This document shows positions 11,286 through 23,816 of a stretch of DNA of 64,000 nucleotides, in pieces. Within the stretch, counting starts at the first letter, position 1. Every line of letters begins with the position of its first letter. The notes below the pieces were generated by a model that saw nothing but the letters and a program-made list of their open reading frames with translations, had not been told where the DNA came from and made no database searches. The translations under genes and the position numbers were made by a program. The stretch comes from Heteronotia binoei (taxonomy: Eukaryota). The stretch covers positions 49,910,001 to 49,974,000 of the forward strand of contig NC_083237.1 in assembly GCF_032191835.1 (NCBI RefSeq). Direction: 5' to 3'.

Positions 11286-14200
11286 GTCTCCTGGAAAGCT
11301 TCATTGAAAGCCAACCACCAAAGCCATGACCTCCCGTTGTGGATTTTGCCCCTAGGATTGTCTAGTACCGTGTGCGATCCTCGTTTATGCCCCTTTATCC
11401 GGGTGTAAAAATCACCAAGCTCACTGAGACTTGCTCCCAAGAAAGCATGCACAGGCTTGTGGACCAAATAATACCTAGATCAAACAGATTGGCATTTGTT
11501 TAATGGAACAAATTCTCTTTAGAGAACCCTATGGGTTTGACGCTGGTGGCCTCAGTCAGCTTCGTGGTTGCCCCTTTGAAGAGGAATATGAGTGAGAATG
11601 GTAGATGGTCTTATGCCACACATACACACATAAGAAATGTATTTGACCTGAAACTGAGTAGCGCTCACGATAAAGGTAGTAGGCATAGTTTCAGGATGAT
11701 TCCAAGTGATTTATAGCATTTTAAGAATCTCTTAAAACATCCAAATGCAGACCTAAATTTATTTTCTTCTGCGCTTTAAGGATCTGGGTCAAAACAAACT
11801 GATTGTCAGCTAAATTAAATATAATTCAAAGCTCGCTGTTAAAATATATCTTCTGTTGAGTGCTTGGGATTTCTTTTGCTATCAAGGCANNNNNNNNNNN
11901 NNNNNNNNNNNNNNNNNNNNNNNNNNNNNNNNNNNNNNNNNNNNNNNNNNNNNNNNNNNNNNNNNNNNNNNNNNNNNNNNNNNNNNNNNNNNNNNNNNNN
12001 NNNNNNNNNNNNNNNNNNNNNNNNNNNNNNNNNNNNNNNNNNNNNNNNNNNNNNNNNNNNNNNCTTGCATTCAGAACTAAGGAAACATACAACTCTCAGA
12101 TAACACACAAAGGGATCCTCAGGCCGACACAGCGCAATCCCATGCACCCTGTCTTGAGCAAAAGTGCTAGTGAACTCGTAAATCACAATGTGTGTTCCTG
12201 TAGGTTGTTTGTTCTACTGCTTCAGCCCAGCACTGCTGCTCACCTGGGCTCGTAAGCTGAGATCCCAGTAACTGGAAAGGACTGGTAAATCACACTCTCC
12301 ACCACTCCCCCCAAGTAGACCAGACCCTCAAACGCTGATTTTCAAGGGGTCGTATTTTCACCTCCCCCATCAAAAAGGGAATCCGGCTCATTTTTTATCT
12401 TGAAATGCAGAATTCTTTCCTGAACATGCCTACCATGTTTCCCTCCAGTGAATGCTGGAGAAGGGTGTCCTAACAAAACGATCCGAGCAGAAACGGCAGA
12501 AACCAAGGCTTGTCTGTTCTCGGCCCACTGAAAAAGCAACAGAATTAGCGCTGAAAGCACCAGGCAGAGAGACGTATCTCCTGCGCCAGCTCCATTGGAA
12601 TGAATGGGGGCAGTTCAAGAGCTGTACCCATTTCCATGGTGCTTGGGCAGGGGAACTTACTACTGAATTCAAACGTGGTGAGGTGGGGGGGTGTATAGGT
12701 AGGGGGGTGGAGAGTGTCTGGCTTTAGCATCCTGCAACTTTATTCCTCCTTGATCTTCCCCCTCCCCCCTTCATTCTTCAAGGGGGGAGTTTTGGGAGAG
12801 GGTAACATTTGGGAGACACATGTCCACTGCCGAAAGTGTAAATGGAACCTTGTCTCTGCTGCTGCGATTCTCTTCGCCGCTCTCTCCCCACCCCCAACAC
12901 ACCCGTTCCTATTCCATTCAAACTCTGCAAGGAGATATGGACTGGGGTGTTAGTATCCTTCTGCTTGTGATCGGTGAATGGGGACGTGGATAGCGATGGT
13001 CCGGATGGAGGAGAGAAGGTCTCCTTTAATGCTTTATCATGAATAACTGGCCTGTGGTGGGTCCATAACCGGTGCTTTTTTGGGAAGAAGTCCTCCCCCC
13101 CCCCACAAAATAAAAAAAAAATCAAACGCCTTTATGTCCCATATCTTTCTACGGGATAATTAAGCATTTATTTATATATCTAAAAAACCCCTCTTCCATC
13201 GGTTAGTTTAAATGACCTTACAGTGCGTTCCTGAATCTTTAGTGTTTTGAAGTCGATGGATTTAAGGGGGCGGCCATTACACTATGAGACGCTCGATTCT
13301 GACTGAATGGGACCCTCAGATTAGAAGGAACTAGACAGACCAACCGCTATAAATGCAAGATCTTAGCGTGCCTCACTCCCCAACCCACACTGCAGAATAC
13401 TTTTACATTCAGATCTGTGCAAGATGAGAAGCACATCCTATTTGGTGGGTTTAGGATTTACAGATCCTGCGTCAAACATGCTTTGGCACCTGTTTATGGA
13501 ACACTGCAAAGCAGTCTGATGGAAACTCCCCCCACCTCAAGAGGCTTAATATATATGTGACATTATTTTCTGCTTATAAACAAAGGGTAACCCTTGGAGG
13601 AATTGGAAGAAATGCAGTTTTTAGGGGAAAGTTAAGACTAGATGCTCAAAGACAAAGGGTGAGAGACAGTGAGAGGCAACTCAAGGTGAAAGAGAATCCA
13701 TTCTCAGCATTGGTCTGGAAGTCTGTTAATCCAGCTATGCATCTGTCATTCATCTGTCCAGTTAGGGATCTCATTTCCCTTACCCTTACCGGCTATGAAG
13801 GCAAATAGGTGTGAAAAACCTCAACTTGTGACCCTGGAGAGCTGCTGCCAGTCTGAGTAGACAATACTGACTTTGATGGACCAAGGGTCTNNNNNNNNNN
13901 NNNNNNNNNNNNNNNNNNNNNNNNNNNNNNNNNNNNNNNNNNNNNNNNNNNNNNNNNNNNNNNNNNNNNNNNNNNNNNNNNNNNNNNNNNNNNNNNNNNN
14001 NNNNNNNNNNNNNNNNNNNNNNNNNNNNNNNNNNNNNNNNNNNCGCACTCCCCTATCATGTTCTTTGCCAGGATGATCCCTAACCGTACCTTCAATTCAA
14101 GTCCAGTTTCACAAGCCTGGGGACACCTTTGTTGAGTTGATTCCATTATCCCATTCCATTTCTCCCTGTAAGCAAGGAGGCTCTTGCTTCCAAAGGTAGC

Positions 14201-15789
14201 AAGGATATATTGCTGCTGAACAGAGAGACGATCAGTGGCACTGTTGTGGGGTGCTGCGGCTGCCCCACCTATCTAAAGACAGGGGGTAATTGAATGGTCT
14301 GCTCTGAGCTGTCCTAAATCGGTTAGCCCTTCTTATCCCAAGCCAGGCCACCGATTTTTTTTTTAGCGTCACTAAGAAATGGAAGTCAAAATAACACCCA
14401 TTTTCTGTTCAGTTGTATTCGTATTGTTCCTTTCTATAAGGCACTCTTCTTATCCTTTAAAAGGTTGTTTTCTATTTCTCCACAATTCTTTAGGAAACTT
14501 ACTGTAGGTGACCTGGTAGACATTCCTCAGTGGGGAAAAGGAAAAGACCAGAAGCACTTTTAGTTTCTTGTCTTTTCCTTCTTTTGCTTCATTCTTGCTT
14601 TCCTTAAGAAAGAAACCTCAACAGGAGAGTAAAGAGGAATGCAATTCAGAATGCATAGACAGTGAAGGCTCCTACAGAAAATTCCTTTCCCTTCTTATGA
14701 CAGACACCTGGCTGTATACAGTGTAAACAGGAAACAGAAACAATGGCCTCATATTCTCAACACTGTTCCTTGCATATAACCTTATAGGTTCCTTTATTCA
14801 GTAATGAATGCTTCAGAATTCTAATCTTCCTTTATTATGAAGGTTGCTTCGACCTCTAGCACCGCCCCCCCTTTCTTATGACATCAGAAACTGGTGAAAG
14901 AACTCCTATTTCTTGTAGACTGGGATGTGGGGGGGAGTGTGTCCTTTGAAAAACTAAAATATGACCCCTAGTCCTAAACTTAGAAAACCTATTGTTTGCA
15001 GTAAAATTGGTTGCATTCCATATATAGGATAGAATTTCTGGGCACCCTCCTTCTAGCAAAGGAATTGTAACACGCTAAATTTGCAATGGTGGCTGTGAAA
15101 TAACATAACTTGCAGTGTTAAGTAATTAAACTGTGCACCCAAACACACACGATCTCGCTGCTCCCTCCTCCTCCCGTAAGAAATGACCACAGAACCACCA
15201 AAAAGCTAAAGAGGGCCCGTGCATGCATGGTATCTTCAACTTCTCCAATTAATCTTTCCAGTCTATCCGCACAAATTGGAAGTTGGGGGTGTGTGCTGGG
15301 AAGAGCGAGGGAGGGGGGAGACAATCTGCTCCAGACCAGCCAATATACACCTCTCTTAAGTAGTACGTTTGTCAGGCGACAATAGTTGACTTTTTGACCA
15401 CAAAAGGTCATATCCAATGTTCTTTGAAGTCAATGGATAAACTCCCCTTGAACTCGGTTGTCCTCGCGATAACCAGACCAGTCTATTCATTGCTGGCGCA
15501 TGTGTGTGTATAAAACCATTGTGTGAATCGCCCCCTTTCACACACACACACACATTCGCACGCACACACATACACACAACCTTGTATCCATCTTCTTGCC
15601 ATGCATGAATATTATTTCCTTATAGACCCAGAAGCGGATCTATTGGCGAGCTGCAACCTTTGACTTAATAAATACGTGATTATTTGATGTGTGACCAGAC
15701 GGTTCTACCCTCTATCCTGACTGTGCTTAGTCTGAAACAGTAGTCATGTTTTTGTTTTAAAAGACCTCCGTGACAGGGTTTTAGGATAA

Positions 15790-15860
15790 CAGTGGCAACT
15801 TGAAGACTAACAGCATCTATTCCAGTGTGAGCTTTCATAAGCTCAGTTCTTGAGATACTA
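15790..15860 (-). mobile_element. Short decayed Penelope-like repeat fragment
   Basis: AGTGGCAACTTGAAGACTAAC...GTGAGCTTTC...TTCTTGAGATAC matches the family found at 11084, 20062 and 57034. Confidence 0.55.
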
Positions 15861-17278
15861 CTTTTTGGGATACCAGAGGCAGACAGGCAGGCAGGCAGTT
15901 TTTAGGTTTGGGATAATATATTGACATCGCAAGGGTTTTAAAAATTATTATTTATTTAATATTCTTTTTGGAGATAGCCAGCAGTAGGATTTATTTCACT
16001 GTATTTTTTTTTTTTTTGCACGGTGCAGATTGGAAATGTAACTTTCGGAAGGAGTGGGGGAGTGAAGGTCTTTGCTCAGAAGGGTGGCATGAACCTTCCG
16101 CCCAAATCTGGGACACGAAAGGCTGTTGGGCAACTGTGCAGAAAGAGCAAAAGATAGGCTACGCTGTATGCTGTTGAACAAAATCGTGACTTCCTGACCT
16201 ATGCCATGCTCGCTTTGATTGTTGAGCTACGGAGGAGACCTTCTGAAGGGCTTTTTTTAAAACCCAGAACTGAGAGAAGAGAGAGATTGACAAACAGCAG
16301 GCAGACCCCCCTTCCTTTGTGCAAAAGTTATGAGCAAAAAGATCGATCTGCTCTTGGGGAAACCTCCGAAAAGACAGCCCATGCTCGGCAACGTGATCCT
16401 CTTCCAAGGGTTTCTCCCACTTCCACCTGTGCCAAAACGATAAGCCAGGCTACTGTAGTACCACTAGATTTCACTCGGTTAGGTGGTCGGCAGCCACGAT
16501 CAGCCGGACCCACCTAGACCCATCGGACCAGCTGGAAGTCTAAATGAATAAAGACAGGATCCCACCAAAGTTAAATATTTTAAGTCTCATTGATTCCAGA
16601 GGGGGAGAGATTTATGCGCGCGCTTCACTCTCGCACTAAAATCAACCAGATTTAAATAGGTTTAACTTGGGCTGTTAGGTGCCCTAGATCTCTCTCTGCG
16701 TGTGTATCATAGCACAAGAACACGAATCTTTATTTATAACGTCCTTTGTCAACCAGGTAAATGTCATGGCCCAAAAACTACAACCCACCCATCCCCATTT
16801 CCGATTTAAATACATAACTCTCATTTAAAACACCCGTATGAATTGTGCTGTCCTTTTTGCTCCAGCTAGGGCTGGATTTACAAGTGTAAGGCTCCATACG
16901 TTTACTCTCTCTCTTTTTAAAGCAAAATACGTTGTAAAAGGCACCCTTGAGTGTTTAGGTAGAAAGGTCTTTCTGTCGTTCTCTCTGTGCCTCTCTCTCT
17001 CTTTCTCTCTGTACCAGAACCCACAAAAAGAGAGCGAAAGAGAGAGGGAGAAAGAAAGAGAGGAATTAAAAATCTGTGAAAGGATTTTAATTAAGAAAAT
17101 TAAATGAAAAGGGGGCTCAAATGAGTTGCCTGTTGAGGAGGTGGGGGTGGGGGCTCGGAGGGAGCAGGGCGAAGCTATTCTGAACGATTAAATCGCCATT
17201 TTAACAGTGTAATGGGGTTTGCATACTGAAAAGGGGGGGAGCGGTCCTTATAGCTCATCAATAATTCATAGGCACTCG

Positions 17279-17295
17279 GGATCATTCTCAGGTCA
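17279..17295 (+). promoter_or_regulatory. DR5 retinoic acid response element, likely DE-RARE orthologue
   Basis: GGATCA-ttctc-AGGTCA between HOXB5 and HOXB4; half-sites and position match the mouse distal element RARE as recalled; TAAT sites just upstream. Confidence 0.8.
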
Positions 17296-17732
17296 GCAGA
17301 CAGAGAGGTAGAAAAAGCCGCATCTAGATAGGAGAAGGAGCGTTTCTCCCCCCCCCCCCCCCCATCAAAATGCACTGGGAGACCCTTCCCCAGGAAAGAG
17401 GGTAGAGTCCCATTCTTAGGTCAACGTTTGCTTGGGCTGATTTTATTTTATTTTAAATCTCCCCTCCGGAGTTGCCCCTTTCTTAAGCACGTTCATTTGT
17501 CCTTAACCTTGCCTTAAATGTATATATTGGACAAGCCAAGGCCCACCCAGCTTTGGAGAGGAAGGAGCTCCTCTCAAGTCTTCTGAAACGCTATCCATAA
17601 ACATCGCTTTGCGTCCCCCCCCCCCCCCAAGTCTGTAAAATGGGAATAACGTCGACAACCTGGAAAAGGAAAAATATCTTGCACGTGGAAAATGGCGGTT
17701 ATGTTTTCGATCGCAAAGGGCGGGACAGACAC

Positions 17733-17790
17733 GCTAGTCCGTGGGAGCAACATAAAACAGAAGTCCAGTGGCTCCTTAAAGACAAACCAC
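17733..17790 (-). mobile_element. Decayed Penelope-like repeat fragment
   Basis: CTAGTCCGTG...AAAACAGAAGTCCAGTGGCTCCTTAAAGAC resembles the family motif GAGTCCAGTGGCACCTTAAAGAC. Confidence 0.4.
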
Positions 17791-20061
17791 GGGGAAGCTC
17801 GGATACAACNNNNNNNNNNNNNNNNNNNNNNNNNNNNNNNNNNNNNNNNNNNNNNNNNNNNNNNNNNNNNNNNNNNNNNNNNNNNNNNNNNNNNNNNNNN
17901 NNNNNNNNNNNNNNNNNNNNNNNNNNNNNNNNNNNNNNNNNNNNNNNNNNNNNNNNNNNNNNNNNCGGGACTGTTCATCATATTTTGGACTAGACAATGG
18001 GGTGAGGGGAAGTCACCACTTCAGGGTTTTGCTTTGTTTTTGTTTTGCTAATGGCCATGCGTTTTGTCTCAAGATGAAAGGAAGCCACCAGCTTCCCAAG
18101 TGTGTTATCAACACCCTTTTCTTGAAATCAGAAGGGCTTTAGATCCAAGGAAATGCGCATAAATCGAGGTGTAAATTTCCCACTTCAACCGGTACCTATT
18201 TCTGCTTCTCTTTTCTTCTCCACCTTCCCGGCCTCCATATTTCCTCTTGTATCATATTGCCTATGCCAGTCTCTTCAGTGGGTACCTTCCTGGAGTACAT
18301 TGCTCAAAAAAAGGTGCCTAGGTGCCAGAGAGAGACAGAGTTAGGCTGGCAGAAAGAAAGATTTCCTGAGAGAGTGGAAGGATTTTCTGAGGACGGGAGA
18401 GCATGAATTTAAACAGGATTATCCCTGTGACAACTTCTCCCTGAACAAAAACAAATAAAGCAAAAGATAAATAAAGACAGAGGTTTGGTTCCTCGGGATT
18501 GAGAGCAACATATAAACTCCCAGGGACCAAACTTCTGTGATTAGAATAATCGACCAAGAGTGGCATGATCTTCTTTCAGTAGATTACCACACATATTCCC
18601 ATTTGGCATGAATATTACTGAAGGGGAAACTACCGCAGGGAACCAAAAGCATCGAAATCCAGAGGTTCTGATACATTTGGTCCGTACAAAATCTGTCCTC
18701 CNNNNNNNNNNNNNNNNNNNNNNNNNNNNNNNNNNNNNNNNNNNNNNNNNNNNNNNNNNNNNNNNNNNNNNNNNNNNNNNNNNNNNNNNNNNNNNNNNNN
18801 NNNNNNNNNNNNNNNNNNNNNNNNNNNNNNAGAATGTAGATATTTTAAAACGTGCCCAAAGAAGGTTGGATGTCTCGAAGTGACTCCTAGGCAACGCAAT
18901 CCTATGTATTTTGGCTCGGGAATTCACTTAAGACTTCCAGCTAGGGAAGAGTCACGCCCATACCTTGAAGGTAGAGATAAGTCCCACTTGAACACAGTGT
19001 AATTTTCCTCTGAGTAAACAGGGCTGCCCACCAGTTAAGACCTGAGACTTCTGAGTATTCCTTGCTGGTACAAGCTTGACTCAGTTTATTCTGGAATTTG
19101 TTGAGGTTTTCCTGGGCTCTTGGTGTGGTTTAGTTAAGAAGAGCCATTTTTATTCCTGAAGAACAAACGGAAAACTTCCGGCAAAATGAAATTTACAACA
19201 TACAATATTGGAGGTGGGGGTAAGGGAGGCTGGGAGAAACGGTAAATCTCCACGCTTGTAACAACTCAGTATAACCAGCAGAGCTCGCTTCAGACCGCAG
19301 CCAACCGGCGGTTCTTTCCCAGGCGTTCTGGCGTGGCTTTTGGTGGAGGTCCTTAGACCCCCACAAAACTTTGCCCCAGTGACCGCCTGAGAACCCGCCT
19401 TGCGGGGGAGGGGGGAAGAAACCTCCTTAGTCTAGCTCCCCAGCTCTGAAAGAAGAAAAGAGAAGGGGGAAGATGGAGGCAGTTATAGCAGTAGGGAACG
19501 CACCTAATAAAGGAGAACGAATTCTCAAGGGTTGAAAAGTTGTTCAGATCATTTAGAGAAATCATCACTGTAGACTAAACCCAAGAAAGGCAGAAAGAAA
19601 GAAAGATCCCTGCGCAGGTTCTGCAGTCTGGGGAGGTGAACGCCGTCCTGGGCGGATTGGAGAGCAAGCTATTATAGATTCAAGGGTCAAAAAGGCGAGG
19701 GTCAAAAGTTTAGGCTGTGCGAAACCCGGTCTTGCGTTTGTGCCTGACGGACTGGATGTCAGCGCTAAAGAGGACAGGAGGGAGGGCTGCTGGCGGGGGC
19801 GGCGGCGTGGCTTCGCGGTGGGGGAGGAGAGAGGGAAAAGCGCGTCGTTGTTTGCTGGCCAGAGATGAGAGAGGTAAGAGTTAGGGAAGTCCAGATGCCA
19901 TTCGCAACCTTGCAAAGGGCGGCAGACCTACTGGGAAGGGGCGGTGTGGGGAGAGGAGGTAGAATTAGGGGAGAGAGGACGCGCGGGTGTGGAGTAGTGC
20001 CATTCAGGAGTAGTGGGTAGTGGGCAGAGTAGACCTTGTATCTCTCTCTCTCTCTCTCTCT

Positions 20062-20390
20062 CTTATTACATATAGATCCAAATAGGCAACCGTGTTGGTC
20101 TGAAGTAGTAGAACAAAATAGGAGTCAATTGCACCTTTAAGACCAACGTAGTTTTATTCAGAACGTAAGCTTTCGTGTGCATGCACACTTCTTCAGACGA
20201 GGAATGAGGTAACAGTAAGCAGAGTACAGAAAGCATAGCTGGTGGGGTTTGGAATGCCAAGTGGTACAAAGTTAAAGTCCAATAGCAGAATAGTAAAATT
20301 AACAAACTGAGGAAACCTTTGATCTGGGTTGCGTTAGCGTGGGAAACCATAAAACAGTAACATGTCAGAATGTGGGAATGCCTGTTAAAT
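20062..20390 (-). mobile_element. Penelope-like element terminal repeat copy (right boundary uncertain)
   Basis: ATAGATCC...GGCAACCGTGTTGGTCTGAAG...GCACCTTTAAGACCAAC...GCTTTCGTGTGCATGCACACTTCTTCAGA; homologous to copies at 57034, 58810 and 59785; abuts a (TC)n run at 20040-20062. The Penelope assignment is inferred from the hammerhead motif and inverted-pair architecture; no RT or GIY-YIG ORF is present. Confidence 0.65.
20164..20199 (-). ncRNA. Minimal type-I hammerhead ribozyme motif (predicted to act as a dimer)
   Basis: Minus strand reads CGU-CUGAAGA-A-GUGUGCAUGCACAC-GAAA-GCU-U/ACG: complete catalytic core, paired stem II, palindromic AGCU stem III, CUU cleavage triplet, 3-bp stem I. Confidence 0.7.
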
Positions 20391-23300
20391 ATTCTATTGC
20401 TAATAAACCTGGGTTACATATATAAAAGAATCCAGCGATGTCGTCAACTGTCTACCCAATACTTAGATAAAACGAACAAGAGGCGAGCAGCAGGTCATTA
20501 ATTCAGTATCAGGAGACGATATATTACTATTATTACGATTGCTATTATTATTACTACTGCTGCTGCTACAGGAATGTTACTATATATTCCTAATCCAGAA
20601 TAATAACATTTCCACTGATATAATGTAATTGATCCTAAATTGGTGGTGTGTGCCTTTCAGGAGGATATATACTTCTTAAGAAATTCAGTCAGTGTAACGA
20701 TACTTATAAAAAGATTTAGATGACGAAACTACGAGCTGTCAATTGTATCATCATCCTGTACGCCATGCTGCTACTACTATGGCTGCTGTTGCTAGTAGTA
20801 GCAGTAGCAGTTGTGTTGGCTTCATGAAAATAGTGGTAAATAATATATCCCTTCAAAATTCATAACATGCTTCTAAAATGAACAGATATTTTTCTGAGCA
20901 AGGCCGACTGTAACCAAATTAACTATCCTAAACTGGCCCGTGTGTCCTTTTCACTTCAAAAGTCTGCACCGAATTAATCCACCCATTAATATACAAGTAG
21001 ATATGCCACCAGGAACGGCTCATGAAACGTTTCAGTGGACTGTTTCCTAAACCTTTAATGACAGGTGAACATTTTCTCCCTCAGGACTTGCAGCTGCGCA
21101 GTCAACCTCCTACCTGTGCCTAATGTTTTGTTTTTTTAAAAAAATAATTAAATATTAATAATGGCTTTGCCTTCGGAATTTGTATCCAGACTTCCCAAAG
21201 GGACTTTCCTTTTAGGGGACAAATGACTGTGGTGGCTTGGCTTCCAGAAATCACAGGAGAAACCTGCTGTGTACTGAAAGAAATATTGGTCGGTTTTATA
21301 AGCCTGGATCTTCTGCAGTACCTATGGTTCTTGAGCTCATTTACTTTTCAACCCGTTTTGGATTTAGTGTAATGTGTTACTGCAAACAGAGAGTTTCCTG
21401 TATCTCTCAATGAGATGAATGAAATGTTTGAAATATGACCTTTTAATGTTAGCTTTTGTTTGTTTTGGATCCGGCAATCCTTCTAGATGCTTGGAATGGT
21501 CCCTTTCGAGAGATTTTGAAATGTAGTTTTATTTGAATGTAGACTTATCAATATATTACTCAGTTACATCATAGAACAACTGAATATTTGATTGGCTGAG
21601 AGACCAGTTTTAAATTTGCTTGTTATGTGTGCGTGTGTGTGTCCTACATTAGTTGGCAATAAGTAACCCACTATTTAGCCCCTTTGCCGTTTATATCTCC
21701 TGGGTGTATGTAGGAAAAAACTCTCTCTGATTAGACATTGCTGCAGAATATGGAGGAGGGGGAATGAACTAAATCGGATTAAAGTCAAATAATGTCTTGA
21801 TTACAAATGAAGACACTGGTTTCTTGTAGGACTGGAGCAGCTAGAAAGGGGTGGGGAGAGACACTTTGAATCCATGTACCTGTTTTGTTATTTTTAAATC
21901 AGACACAAAACCAAAGAACCCCTATTCCCTTCTACCCTAGCCATTTCTCTGTATTGAGCTGTAACATATCAACTACATGAAAATAACTATTCCCCGTGCA
22001 AAGAATGACCCTCACACAAATAGCCATGTTTGTTTGTTTGTTTAAAAAAACATAGACGTTCAGCTTGCAGGATGAAAGTAAGTCCCATTTTAACGACCTT
22101 TCGAAGAAAAGGTTCTTAGGATCAAGGGTAGTCAAGGAAGCTCCCTTATAAATGGATCACTTAGGAGAAAGCGAAGCCAATAATATAAATAATTCAGAGC
22201 CAGGACCGAAAGGTTGCCTTCTCACCCCAATCCTTTGGGCAGAAGGCATGTAATTGAATTTGGGATGTAATTGAATTTGGGAATTTGTTTTTGGATGCTC
22301 CTCATATTGGTCCCACTCCGAATTAAAAGATGTGGGAGGGGGAGGTGTGTCCCATCCTTAAAGATACCAAATAGTTCTATCAATCGGATCCCCTAAACGT
22401 CGAGGTGAATCCTACTTATTTAAATCGTTTCCGGATCCGCATTATATTTGTCGCACCATGAGTTGTTGACGTGCAAGAAAATATTCCTAGAGGTTCAGGC
22501 GTGTGTGTAGAAATTGATAAAGGTTGGCTCTAACGAATTGCAGAGGCTCCGCTTGGTATTTATGAAATATCACGATAAATGGGCTACCGTTTAGCCGTAA
22601 CTTGGACCATCCATCTCTGGGCTCCTTTAATTACTTCACTTATCTCTGAAGCGCAGTCCCCACCACTCCAGGTTCGCACAATGCTGAGGCAGGGCGTTTA
22701 AATGGGATAACATTTGTTTTCGGAAGGTGAACGTCGTTCAGGTGAGATTCCGTGGCGCTTTAGTTGGTGCTGCTAGGAACTGACCTCGAATATCTTAACT
22801 TTCTTAAGTTCTAATTTTTGAGCATGGTTCCTCCCCCTATAGGAAGTGCCATTAGACCAGACAGAAAACCCGGGCGAAAACGGATGGGTTTCCTCTGTGA
22901 GTGGGCAACGTGTGAATCTTGTCTCTCGCGAAAAGGGAAAGAGAGAACGAGGCAGACACTCGCAGCTATAGTTGAATGCCAATTGGCCTCTCGGAGAGAC
23001 TATATGTTCTCTACCTGTGAAGGTGTGGCATCGTGTTTCGTCTACGTGTACCTGTAGAATTGGTGGCAAATTCATGACATACAAGTCCAGAGATATTCCT
23101 CACCCTCCTGGGAAGCTCAGTTCAGCATTCAGTTTAGATTCTAGCATCTAGCGACGCCTGGTGCGTTGAATAACACCTCTAAGGTAACATGTTTCCTTTC
23201 AACAAAGTTACCTCTTTGCTAGATGGGGGGGGGGCAATAAGATACGAACTCCCTCAATTAAACCTTCAGCTGAATTGTTCCTTNNNNNNNNNNNNNNNNN

Positions 23301-23799
23301 NNNNNNNNNNNNNNNNNNNNNNNNNNNNNNNNNNNNNNNNNNNNNNNNNNNNNNNNNNNNNNNNNNNNNNNNNNNNNNNNNNNNNNNNNNNNNNNNNNNN
23401 NNNNNNNNNNNNNNNNNNNNNNNNNNNCGATGCTACACAGACAGAATCCTTCTCTCTCACACACACACTCCCCTTATTCCTCTTAATCTACGGCGTCTAC
23501 ATTTAAGCAGTGAATTCAGAAGTAGGTTTACTTCCGATGCCAGAGGACCGACAGAGAAGTAATAATACATACCTACCACCCAACGCGGACGCAGGAGAGA
23601 AACGTATAAAGGGAATGACTTAAAAAAAATCGTAGGCGTTTGCAAGCGACAGAGGAAAAGATCTGCATTAAAATTCCTCGTCGTGGCATCCTCTTCCCCC
23701 CCCCCCCACCCCAAAGTAATGACCTGGGTAAAATTCAATATGACCGAGGGAACTATGCAAGCGTATTATAGAAAACGCGAGGGGGAGAGTCCCGGAGAG

Positions 23800-23816
23800 G
23801 GGTGAAACTCAGGTCA
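23800..23816 (+). promoter_or_regulatory. DR5 RARE upstream of HOXB4 (B4U; paralogous to Hoxa4/Hoxd4 5' RARE)
   Basis: GGGTGA-aactc-AGGTCA followed by GCGTCTAACAAAT, the flank I recall for Hox4 5' RAREs; CpG-rich surroundings. Confidence 0.85.
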
